NCBI GenBank assembly: GCA_036172245.1
Contig: JAYWIR010000093.1
Location: forward strand, 124,001 to 188,000
Reading direction: 5' to 3'
Length of the DNA stretch: 64,000 nucleotides
From: Raillietiella orientalis
Taxonomy: Eukaryota
In this document: positions 24,601 to 37,200 of the stretch, piece by piece
Layout of the letters: every line of letters starts with the position of its first letter
How positions within the stretch are numbered: position 1 is the stretch's first letter
Made by a program: the position numbers and the translations under genes
Notes under the pieces: generated by a model
The model's database searches: none
Seen by the model: the letters and a program-made list of their open reading frames with translations, nothing else
Told to the model about the DNA's origin: nothing

Positions 24601-24722
24601 TGCCATGGAGCTGCTTTTTAACTATGCAATAGGTGCAAAAACCACTTTCGGAAACCTACAGCCTTTGAACTTTCGTAACAAGAACATATCAAAATGACAA
24701 CTAACTAGGGTTTTGCAGTTTT

Positions 24723-27700
24723 TCATCTAACTTGATTGTTGCAATTAAGGATTTTGCCAGATGACACCGAGTTCCTGCTTTTCAGAAGGGCTTGCAGTGC
24801 TTCAGGCACTAACATTAGTTTCTCTTTTATGTGACTAGGAAGTGCCTGCTTTTGATCATATACATGTAAATTTCTCTGCTTGTCTGTAAACTGAAGCTTC
24901 TGCCCATCCACTTGTAGTTTTAGTTCAGTGCCATCTTGGAAGCAGATCAAAACTTCTCCTGAAGGCAACTACAATGGAATGAAAACAAACTCAAAAACCA
25001 ATCAACATCTCACCTGTGTTGCTTTACCCACGCTTGGAACAAAGACTGACTCGGATAATTGTTTGTTTTCTTTGCTAGAGTTCTGCAAAACATGTGAATC
25101 AGGCAATGGTCTTCGACCTATGGTGACAGGAAAAAACGCCTGCCCACTTGCTGTTGATTCTAGATTTTCCAACAAGGTTTCCAGCTGAATGCAGTGACCA
25201 TAGGACTGAGAAATTCGTAACATGGTGCTTCCTTAATTCTCCTCACACTTACTTCCTTAGCATGAACCCAAAGTGGCTGCAGATCAATAGGAAGTTTACC
25301 AGTTTCAAGGTTTGGGTTGATTACATGATCGATTCCACTGGGTAACTGTAGACTTGCACTCTCATTACTCTGCCTGATGATTTTTGAGCCTGAAAGCGTA
25401 AGCATAAGATTAAGCAGTCAGAAAATTGTTAGCTAAAACCTTCATAAAAATTAGCTTCGAAAGAAGAGCTTTCCATTAACTGACATTTGGCTAAATTTGT
25501 GTATAAGGTCACCTTAGGGGTCTTAGCCTTTACTAAAGAAGCAAACCTATGCGCATACATGTATTTCTTCCAGTATCTTTCTGGAAGATTTTCATAAGTG
25601 AAAACATCATGAACACTCTCTGATGCAATGTCAACTGGTTCACCTCGCAGAGGCACTCCTTTATCTTTATTAGGTTGGTAGAGAATAATCTATCATGAAT
25701 GATAAACAAATATTTTAATAGCTCCTCTCCCTTACCTTCATACCATCTGGCGTAACAAAACATACATCCATGACATATTCGGAACCTTTACGGATTTTTA
25801 AAAACTCAATACAAATACTGCCATCTTTAAGAATGTTAACCATTGCATTTTTTGTCTTCTGTCTCATTGGTCTTAATCGAATAGTATTCAGTGGGGGACA
25901 GACATGGCTTAGTTTACTCTCATGCTCAGCACTTATAGGTTTCCACAAGTGACTTGATGCCTCATGATTTTCATGATAATGTCCATCTGATTTCAGATGA
26001 TCTGAGTTACACGAATGTTTGTGAGTACACCTCTGACAAGGTACATGCACACAAATATGAGAACTGTTCTTGGGAAAACAATCTGATAAGCAGCAAAGTC
26101 TATTAGGAGCACAATGCAAGCATTCAGAAGTCACACCATGGTGACTTGATGCCAAAGAGGAATAATCTGAATGCTGATTTGGTAAACAGCAAGATGGAGG
26201 ATAATTGCAAATCTGGGAATGATCTTTGTAAGAATCCGATAAAGGCAATCTGGATGCAGTAAAGCATGATCCAGTATTTGGAGAATTCTTCTGAGAATAA
26301 GCTGATCTCATGCTGAGAAAGAAAGGGAATGTTATCTGTCACTCAATTCCGTGAAATACCCTTACTGTTCTTTAGAATCAGATGTGTAATGGTGGTTACA
26401 ACTTTCGTTGTGGGATATCTGATAAACTGGAGTATTCAACGTACCATTCCCACTGTCCATTGAATAACGCTTCTGCAACTGTCAAAGACATGGACAATGT
26501 TCAGAAAGGCAAGCGCACTAATCACCGTGTTATTGATTTCTTTAGTATTATTGGCAGCTTTCTGCATAAAAGGATGTTGGAAAATATCCTTCAATTTTAT
26601 GCGATTTGTAGGAATTTTCTGCAAGAGTAAAGATATCAAATCTTTGGCTTCTGGAGATAAATAGCTTGGAATCTGTAAAAAATTTTAGCAAAAAAATTGT
26701 CGTGTGCATGATGAGCTCACTTCATAATCACCCATAACAACTTTGGTCAACGTGCTTTTTACATGATTTGTTTCAAAAGGAGGTTTTCCCACAACCATGG
26801 TATATAGCATGCAACCCAAACTCCACAGATCTGCTTCCAGTCCATGAGAGCTTCTGGTGGCTACTTCAGGTGATATGAAATTAGGTGTACCACACATTGT
26901 CATGTGCTTTTCTTCAGGATATGATAATTGAGTGGCTAAACCAAAGTCAGCGATTTTCTAAAAATTCATCAATAGCACTAATTCACAACAGTCCAGAAAG
27001 TACCAGCTGCATGTCTTTTGTCAACAGAAGATTGGCTAAAGTTAAATCTCGATGAAGAATGTTATGAGAATGAAGATACTGCATCCCTTCCACAACCTGA
27101 ATCATGTAATAGCCAGCTGGAAAAACAAACGAGCATGAATTTAATCAACATAGTTCATATTTTAGAAATCTTCACAACGTAAGTATATAGACACACTAAG
27201 ATATTCTGTACTGCTTTTTCATTTTTATGTTTATTTCAATTAAAAATAATTTCGTTCAGCATGTAGTAATTAAATGCATTGCTCAGTATTTCTGGGTGAA
27301 AACTGCACCACTAGGTGTAAATCACTTCCACAGATGTCATATTACAAGTTGCTGAAATAAGTTATTACATCTGTGTAATAGGTCATATATTGTGACAAAT
27401 ATTCACTCTAAGATAAGAACTTTAAATTAATGATTTGAAAGTAGGTATGCAAGTTGAGACTTTTGAAGCCCTACTACCAAGAGTCAACACCACAAAATTA
27501 GCAAAGTTGGAAATAATGATTCTAAAGCAATTGTAATAATTGTAATAATAATAAACTTTAATATCATCTGTGAGTATATGCTCAAGAAGTAGGCAGGTGA
27601 AAACAAAATAAGAAGAGAAACTTCCTACCACATGTACAAAACATAGCATTTATTTGGAAAGCATTTACAATGTACTACAATATAAATCAAAGTAGTGTAT

Positions 27701-29531
27701 AAATGTACTGCATATCAGAGTTCATTTCAAATAATGTCTAACAAATAAAACTAACAAATGCATTGCAACCTTTCTCCTGCAAGCAAGGATTTCTGATCAG
27801 TTATCTTAGGATTCCAAGAATCAAAAATATACAGAAATCAAGAAAAATCAAAAAATTGAGGAAACAAGAAAAACATTAGACTTTCATTATTTTCTTCTCT
27901 TGCTGCATTGTTTAATCAATGACAGTTAATTAGGAATACTTTTTACATTTATGAACATGATCAAGTAACTTGATGATAATGTTACATGAACCAAAATACT
28001 GCCTTCTTAATTTTGCATCATTTACAGATTACAACTCAATTCCTCACCAAACAATTCTATTCAAATCTCACGAGCAGCTTTGCAAATATACGAATTAATG
28101 ATGAATGAAGTTAAAAAATCATTAAAGATGATGCATTCACTTGAATAAACAGGAAATCTTCACATTTTACATGTCTAAGCATACATTTGCTCCCTTGTGA
28201 AGCAATAATGGTTTCAAATGACACAAATGTTTCAGGAATATACTCAAAAAAATAAAAACTGATTAAAAAAACATGCTCCTAATTAATTTTCATATTTACG
28301 TTCACAGTAGATTATGAATAACTGAGAAACTACATGATTTTATTCTCAAGGCAAATGATAAAATAGCACCTACGTTCACAATAGATGTGTGCATTTTAAA
28401 GACAAACTTATTGGTCTACTTGTTACATACAAGCGATTCACAAACAAAACTTTTATTGCACGGAACCATAACTAATTTGAAGCAGTTTGAACATGAATTT
28501 TGCAAACCTTCTTTTTCCGTTAGTATTTTTCGGGAAGCCAGATATTTTTGAAATTCTCCATTAGTGCACAATTCCAAAACTAAATACACATAATTACAGT
28601 CTTCAAAAAATGCATACAGTTCCAGAATTGAAGGATGCTTTAGTCTGTTATGGATGGCTACTTCTTGCTTTACCCTGTCCACCATTCCGGCAGATTTCAT
28701 TCTTTTCTTATCAATCTGAAATTATCACATGTAATTGAAACAGTAAGTTTCATAACTTTATTCATGGACACATAAAAACTGGAGTTCACTCTAAAGTAAA
28801 ATAACAATACCACACAATAGAGCATATAATTCTAAAGTTCATTCTTTGAAGGGAGATAAATGAAACTAAAGTTACAAATTACAGCAACCAACTGCAGGAA
28901 TGATGAAAATTAAATCAGTTTTTGCTTAGATACAAAGCAGAAAACATAGAAATTATGTAGAATAAACTAAGTAATCTATACAGGTTTCAATGTATAACCA
29001 TGATCTAAAGAAACCAAGGATAATGACTGCGATTAAATGGAACTCTATTTCTTCCTTTTAATTAGAAAAGTTATTTAATTAAGCATGTCCTATCAAAAAT
29101 TACTTTTCACAGCTTTGAAGAATAAACACATCAATTAATTTCAAAACTAAAATTTCAATGTTATTGCCGTGAGATTTTTTCCTAAAATGCTTCGTATCAT
29201 TTACAGATTGTATCTCAATTCTTTACTACATATCTTCACAGAAGGTGTTATGGTGGTAACTAAAATCGCTAACAACTTAGCATGATTTGAAATATTTTTA
29301 AATAAAAAAAATGATGCATGTTTTTCCACTTTTTTGCACTAACCATTTTTATGGCCACATCTTCTCCGGTAAATCTGCATTTTCCGTGATAAACACAGGC
29401 AAAACCTCCTCTGCCTATAAGTTCCAAAACTTCGTAATCCTAACCACAATAAAAATTGGTGAATGAAAAACAAGCATGTTACTGAAAACATTCTGAACAG
29501 CAATATTTACCTCGATGCGTTTGTTTAACAT
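24723..29531 (-). CDS. PLK4: Serine/threonine-protein kinase PLK4 (SAK), 12 coding exons, ~778 aa
   Basis: Exons 29531-29511, 29439-29344, 28715-28508, 27116-27004, 26957-26721, 26672-26526, 26478-26366, 26312-25736, 25689-25440, 25389-25253, 25205-25014, 24968-24723; all GT-AG and phase-consistent. [31 protein letters not shown], degron DSGNGT, cryptic polo box ([21 protein letters not shown]), PB3. Confidence 0.96.
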
Positions 29532-29559
29532 CGTTCACATCCTAGGAACCATTAAAACA

Positions 29560-29591
29560 TTCAAAAATGTGAAACTCAATACTTGACCAAT
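29560..29591 (-). promoter_or_regulatory. Possible CHR (TTTGAA) plus CCAAT box upstream of PLK4
   Basis: TTTGAA on minus at 29560-29565 and CCAAT at 29587-29591, within 60 bp of the ATG; typical arrangement for cell-cycle genes, but these are short motifs in AT-rich DNA. Confidence 0.25.
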
Positions 29592-31649
29592 GTTGCTTTC
29601 GGCTTTTCGAATTTGGTACCCAAACATCAGGATTACAGGATACAAATGGAACAAATTTACGTTTAATAATTCCAACCGAAAAAGCTACATAATAATTGTT
29701 ATTAAATTAAAACCTTCTGAAAGAAAATACATTTAAAAGCCGCAGAATATCATATTAAGTTTTCGTTAAAAACTTTTGTCAAGAACTGATGTTCTTTGAT
29801 TTTTTAAATACGTAGAATAATCGTTTTTCTGTTTCAGTTACCTATAATTTTACCAGTGCGCTTTTTAATTTTGACACTCTAAGCAGCACATACCAGCTTT
29901 TGTAATCTGATGAATTTCAGAATTTTTTTTAAACACTCTCTAATAAAATGGTAGCATAAATGTCAAAGAAAAATATAATGATATGTTCTGAATCAATGGA
30001 TTTCATAATTTCAATTGTTTGGAAAAAATCTACGAAATCATATGAAACAGAGAAGCAATGAGAAATCTTAAGGGACAAATGAAACTAATATTATGATCCA
30101 AGCATCATTTAAATTTGTATCCTATCTCACCTTACTATTTATGCTATGGTTTCTTTATCTTTACTTCTAAACAAAATCAAAACAACTCATACTAATGGTT
30201 CGCCACTTCAGTGCTTTTTGTCTGAAAAATAAGAGTGAACCAAAGGATCTTTTTGAGTTTGCTGCACTGTTTTTTCTCCACTGTATACACTAAAAGTATA
30301 TGTGAACTGTAACAAACAGTTTCTCAACAGATCATTAGTTCATAAAAGAAATTATTATTATTACTGATCTATGATTGCAAAATTGGGATTGATTGTGACT
30401 TTGGGAATTTCGAATGCATCTTTTGTACTAACTTATGAAGAAATAAAAATTATCAAAACACCTGTGAACTCAAATAAAGAATCGATTCTTTGATATAAAA
30501 ACAATAAGACATAATCAAATGAAAACGAAGTTGTGTAATGCGATGCAAGAATAATGAACACGTTTAGATTTCATTTAGAGCTGTGGAGTACATGCATCCT
30601 GCATTTTAAGAAACTGCTGTCTCCGATGCTATTCTTTCAGTGTCCCGAAGACAGTTTTCAAAAGATCAGATATTCTGTTTCAAAAACGAGGTTAAGACTC
30701 ATGGAATGTGAATTCCAGTTTTAAGATTTTGCACTCCTAAAATTGAATCTCATAATCCATGTATTCGAAACACATTATGTAAAGGCAGTATAGTCGTCAT
30801 ATATGTTCTGATTATTACATCGTGCATTTTTAACGGATATCTTAGTTCCTTAAACGAAATTACCTATGAAGGAAGATCGATATTTTTTTTAGTGAGCAAA
30901 ATACAAAAATGCATAAGGAAGAAAGCGTTTTTATATGAAGGAACCCAATAAAAGGGAAATCTCAACCACGAATAGGCAACAGGTGTAGAGAAAGAGACTA
31001 CTACGTAGTGTGTGTCTATTGTAAGTTGGTTTCATTAATTGGAGAGAGTCAGTCATAAAACAAGGTCAAAAAGAACATGAAGCATCAATACGCAATTCCC
31101 GATTCTTAGGAAATTGGCAAGGAATTCACAGGATCTTTATTTAAAATTATTGCAGCCATGATGTGAAATGTAGTAATAATAAGTGATCGGCATGTGGCAT
31201 TAGTGAGCTGTCCGCTAGTCGGCTTCGGACCAAAAATAAGTGACAGCGCTTTCAGGGATCTGAAAACTGTCATCGGATTTTCATCTCAGATTCAGATCTT
31301 GGCTTCTGAAAACCAAAAGTTCCATTCCGTAAAGATGAAACATGCTGTACAAGGCAGCATCTTCAGCTTGTTTCGGGCATATTCACTTTTAGGAATTTAT
31401 GAAATTCATCATTTTGTGGATTCTTTTAAGATAATGGCAAAAAATCTCTTCTTTTTGGTAATGGAATCATCCCTCGTCATCTGCTCCTCATGGAATGGAA
31501 CTGTGTTGTCAATCATAATCACGTAGAACTATGGGATGTTAATGTAATGGCAATAATTGAAATTGCAGCCAGATTTGTTCAGTATTCTTGTTTCTTTTTA
31601 AAAGAAAACTGTATGATACTATTCTTGCGGATGTTTAGGGTCATATTAT

Positions 31650-33650
31650 GGAGTCACACCTCTGATGGAGTCGAGCGCCCCTCTCCTTCGGCGTCCAGTA
31701 ATCCGACTGTCCCAGACTGTCATGTTTGCCACTGACTCTGGACTCTGCCAGGAGATGAACATCCACCTTCCTTGCGGTACTGCGTTTTTGGAATGGGTGC
31801 ACCCGTTTCATATTCCTTTTCGGGACCCTGTGGGTAGGCAGTTTAAAGGGTAGAACTATAGGCGGTACTCATGGACTGGAAGTTTTATCTTTTGGTCAGC
31901 TCCGAGTTGCTGAGCGGAGAAACTCTTGGCAATCGGCGCAGTTCCTCCTGAACGTTCCAAGCTTTCATGTGGCTGAGTCTCTTCGCAGCTGCCGTGTGCT
32001 GGAGGTCCTTTCCAGAGCGAGCGCGCTTGGAGCACTCTCCGGGCATGGTCCTTCCGACAGCCTTGATAATGTCCTGGCTCTGTTGCCGACCTGAGAACGC
32101 AGCAAGAAGACGCCATCCATGGAGTCCTCCGCTCCAGATTTGCCGGCCAGCAACTTGCCCATGTGCGTTGCCCCGCAAAGCTCGTGGATAGATCTGTTCT
32201 CCACTCTTGCCACACTCTCACTGGGCAACGAGCGAATGCTGAAGTGGCCTGAAATCAAAAGGTATCTGCTCACGTCGGCGGTTGACAGCACTGGATTCGG
32301 TCAGGGACTGGAAATCCGTTCCAGGGATCGATGGGCTGGAAAGAAGCAGCCCCCGGGGTTTCGCTGCCATCCTTCCAGCTCTTTCATCACCCCATCGCTG
32401 CGGTGACGGGCGGCGTGTGAAGTTCCCTGCCCAGCGGTTGAGAAGGTCATCAGACGCCGAAGGGAGTTTTGCCAAACTCCACATTTGTACAGATGTTAAT
32501 ATCTCTTGTGGGTGTGGCCCGTCCGATCGGCATGGGAGAAACCGCCGTCCTTGTGAGAAATTTCGGAAGCGTCCCTTCGGGTTCTCTTCAGAGGAGCAAA
32601 CAGGGGCGGATGCTTTCCGGATTCCCTACGAAGAAGGAAAATGGAGAGGACCCCTCCTGGGTCCCTCCGGAAAGCATAAAGAAGGAGATTCCCTTCGGAG
32701 ACCACCAGGGTGGAGGTGATTTCCATTCCGGGGATCCCTCCCAGGGAGGAGTGAGAGGAACAGACTCCAAGCCCTTCCCGTATCCATAGGACTCCCCTCC
32801 AGGGGTATCCACTACCTTGAAGAATTACACGCACCCTCGGGTAGCGTGGAACAGCGTGAAAGAGCTGCGTGAGCCGCCGCCAGGCGCGTGACGGCTCTTC
32901 AGGATCTCTGAGTGCTGGTGTATGTAATAAGTATTGCTCCTTTTAACCCAAACCCCAGAGCCTGCATTTGTGGGTAGCTTCTCTCCTGGCGTCAAGCTTG
33001 TGTTCTGATTGGCATGGAGGCGTTCCAACTGGAAATAGTTGCAATTCAATGCAAGTTTGCTTTTCTGCTATGGAACCCTTGACCTGTTAGAAATGACTCT
33101 TCACGCACATTCGTCTTAATTCTTAAGGCTGTCGCTGCACGTCGATCCAACATGGCAGCAATCTTTCGGGTGCTTCGCAACTTCCTGCACGACCTTAAAG
33201 TAGCACGAGCTACTTTGAAAATTTTCTAATCGGCGACATTTCCAGGATTTCCCAAAATAAGAAACAGTTTCGATTTCTGTGCATTCGAGATGTTTGTGCA
33301 TCTGTACGATCGGTAACCATAGGAAACGAAGATCAGTGTCTCTGCCAATTTCAGCCATGAGCATCGAATCACGAAATTAACATTCAATTCTGACCGCACG
33401 ATTCAGCAGCTCCTTGGGAAACGGACGTACGCCGCACCTTAATGGGTATTCGAGACGATTCATTGTGCAACTGCAGTCGTTTAAATTCGGAAAGACTGAA
33501 CTGAATGCGGAGGCCCCAGTGATTCCCAGCCCCGAAGCCACGTTTTGTGTGGGGCCTGCAACTGCAGTTGCAGTGGGAAGAGAACGCGGAGGTGCACCGC
33601 AGTCTGCAGTCACACGCGCGCACATGGCAAAAGAGGAAAAAAAAATGAAG
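31650..33650 (-). mobile_element. Highly decayed Ty3/Gypsy pol remnant (RT and integrase traces)
   Basis: NYFQL...NTSLTPG (cf. GYWQI..KTAFxTP), then TADVSRYLL...SESVARV...IHELCG (integrase core), in Gypsy order; no LTRs recognised. Confidence 0.6.
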
Positions 33651-34244
33651 TTCCGGAGGTTACGAAAAGCCTTGGCCCCAACTTAGTTCCTCCACGTTGA
33701 TCCGGCTTCCAGTTGTGGATTTTCACACCCCGGATGCTACGACGCGAACCCTGATTTCAGTAAGTCCGAAGCAAGGATATGAAGCAGCTACCGGTTATTT
33801 TATCAAATCCTCGTCGTCCCCTTTTCATTTGGGGCGCCTGGGGGACCACAAGTCGTATTACAAACTTGCGTACCATGACAACAACGGCAAACTTCTTAAG
33901 CAGGCTGTATAAACCCAACGGCAACCGACAATGCTCGGTGTTGACAAATTTCCATTTAGGAGAAGAATATTTATTTGAATAATCGAATCCAATTCGATCT
34001 CCACTTGGATCGTGAAGATTGGACTGTTTTCAGCGTTCTCTTCATCGGCACGCGTCGTCATTCGCACCTCAACACGTGGCTGCAAGGTGCGAGAGCCAAG
34101 AGTCACGAAGCGAGGAGTTTTTTCACTTTTGAAAGTGGGTTGGTATACTTTGGGAGCTTGGAAGAATTTATCAACAAACACTATCATTACAGCATGCATA
34201 TCACAATATAAATACTATTGTAGTTGGGGAAGTTTTCTCGCCAC

Positions 34245-37200
34245 CTAATCACTGTCTCCTGTTTCACTGCGACTTTTGCCGAAATTCTGACGGATATTTT
34301 CAGAGATGGACCGTATGTTTTCCAGGTTGACTTCGTCACGATGCTTTAGGTTGGATGTCGTGCAGAGTTCATCGTCGGACGTAAGTGCATGCCTCAAAAC
34401 ATCGCACTCCGAATCGTACAAGGCATACCCATCAGCTACCAAATAAGCATCTGGATCGTAAACACGGGAGGATGCACGGGAGGACACGCTGGTGTCGTCC
34501 ATATCCCCCTCCAATCCGGGATCATTGAAAACCGAATTCAATTCGCTGATAGCCGCTTCAGCATCTGTCAATCCTGCCTCATTCACAATTGAAAGATTTT
34601 CTAATGCAGGATCATCTGTGATATAACCGGCCGATTCGGGTTCGGCATCCACTTCTTCCTCTCCGTATTCTTCATCATCGCTCCACTCTGACTGGCTGGC
34701 TTCGTCTAGAAGCTGGTTTTCCAACTTATTTTGATTCTGTTGTGACCAATCATCATGTGACAGGAAAGTCCACTGATCTTTCTCTGCATTCTCCATTTCT
34801 GCTGGAGTCATATTATCGGTTTTAACAGCACCTGGACTGTTGGTTTGCAACGGATTCTCGGAGCACCTGGTACTTGGCACAAGCAAATAAAGCGACCACA
34901 CAAATACCTGCTTACCTAACAGATCCGGAGATTCCAAGCTTCGCATTCTTTGGCAAAAATGGACGAGACTGCGTCGGTCTGGGAATACGCGAGTTTCCTG
35001 CTATATGTGCGGCCGAGATGCAGTCTCTGAGTTTGGGCTCGGCTGATGCTAATAGTAGTTCTTCCTGCCGCTTAGCAGCTTCGGTGACCTCCTGCAACTT
35101 GTTTGAACCATGGGCATCCTGCCTCCAATTCTGCATCTGTCTTTTCTGGTTTAAAAGTTCAACCTTTTCCACTTGTTCAATGAGCTTTTTCAATTCTTTC
35201 TCGAAACTGGGGGCACGAGAACATTTACTAACGATAGGGGGTTTCGGAGGTGGCGGAGGAAAGTGACGCTGCAATTTCTGCAGGGCGGTGGAATCAACGC
35301 GCTTGGGAACGTGGGATACAAAACCACTCCTTTCCGTCTGACAAGATTCATCTTTACGCATTTTGTCTCCTTTTTGTGAAACATTGAAAGTGGATTGGAG
35401 CTTTTCGGAAAGTGTGGGTACTGAAACCAAGTTACACCTATTTGCAATGGAAGTTGTCTGAAAAAAGAAAAAGAAATAATCATGTTCAGAGTAAATACCT
35501 TAATTTCAGTAAAGATGACAACAAAGAGAACAACATAACTTAACGCACATAAACTTTGCATAACAATTTGTGCAAACTACTGTACTGACTGAGGATTAAC
35601 TCAAATTATTGTACACATACATTCACATTCAACCATTCTCAAACAGAGGGCTTTTTTAAGTTTACTACCTGTGAATCAGGAACAGCACTGCTCAGATTTC
35701 GACGCGGTGGCTCAGGGGCTGCGGAACTCTCTTCTGTGCACCAAGACAAAGATGGTGAGTACCCAACATGCGGAAACCCTGGTAAAGCATCGGTCCTTTG
35801 AGAGACTGACTGGCCATCTGAAGCTTTATTGGAAGAAGCTTCCTCGTGAACATTTCGATGGAAAGGTACTGGAGGTGGTGATGGTGAAGAGGTAGAGCTG
35901 AGATTCGAATGGTTCAATGAACTAATTTCATCAACAGAAGAATGAGCACGGGAACTCATGAAACGAGAATTTGGATCTTGAAGACTTTCATTAGACAAAT
36001 GATGCAAAACAGCACCAGAACGAAGGCGGGTACGAATGTTCGCTTCACGAGTTTGTGGACCTGCTACCACAACTGGCTGTGACTTTGGAGTAGGTGGTAA
36101 AGGTCCACGACTCCGTTGAGGGGATCGAGGCCATACATGCACATTTGTACGAGGGATTCCACCTTTCGGTGGTGTACAAGATTTGCACACCAAACATGCT
36201 TGCGACGGTGAGGCTACTTGCCCCAATGGCGGGAGGAGAGGATCCTTCTCTTCAGCAGGATCCTCATGATCCTTGGGTATTCTTGAATTAGGAGACAGGC
36301 GATGAGAAGAAACGGGACTTTGACAAAGCTGTGCCATCTCTCGCACACGATGGGGAGCAATGCTGCTCACAGTCCCCACTTGATGCTGTAGCTGATTAAC
36401 CAATGTAAGAGGTGTAGCCACACTTCCACAAAGAGATACGCCTATCAGACAGACCCACACATCAACTCTGAAGTCTCGCACTTTTTTTTCCTACCAATAG
36501 TTGGGGTCTTGCGTTTGCTAACTTCTTCTATCCTAACAGTGGCACCTTGTTTACGATCTGTCAAGAAATAAGTAGTAATCTCAATTTTGGGTTTGATTTT
36601 GATTTTCCCTCTGCTCTGAAATTCGTATGGGCCATTTTGCAGCCGTTGATGCAATTCTTCAGTAATATGTATGTGGTTAGGCAAACTTGTCAAGTCCATT
36701 CGACAGGCTCGATTCACAGCTAAACCCCAAATATCATATTGAGGTCGACGGGCACCTACCACTCCAGCTATTACAGGGCCACAACTGATACCTAAATTCA
36801 TACAATATGCATTTAGCAGAAATATATGGCATTGACCATCATCTTACCAGCACGTAACTGGAAGTTACCAGGAAGTAATTGCAACTGCTCTCTCATAGTA
36901 AATACAAACTCCACCAAATCTTGCAAGTGGTTATCATCAGTTGATCCACGAGACTCTGGACGTAAACCAGAAACAACCACATACATTGGTCCAAAGGTTT
37001 TTAACTTTTCAAGAGTGCGAAACCGCTCTTCAGTTAGCAACTGATCGAAACGAGATATGACATCCGATAGGAGTCTCAAATATTCACTGCCATGTTGGCT
37101 TTCCAATTCTGTGAAACCTGTCACAGTAGCAAACAAAATGCCCACTAGATCATAGCCCTGGTGGTACAATTCATGACCACCAGGCAGAGTATTGACATGG

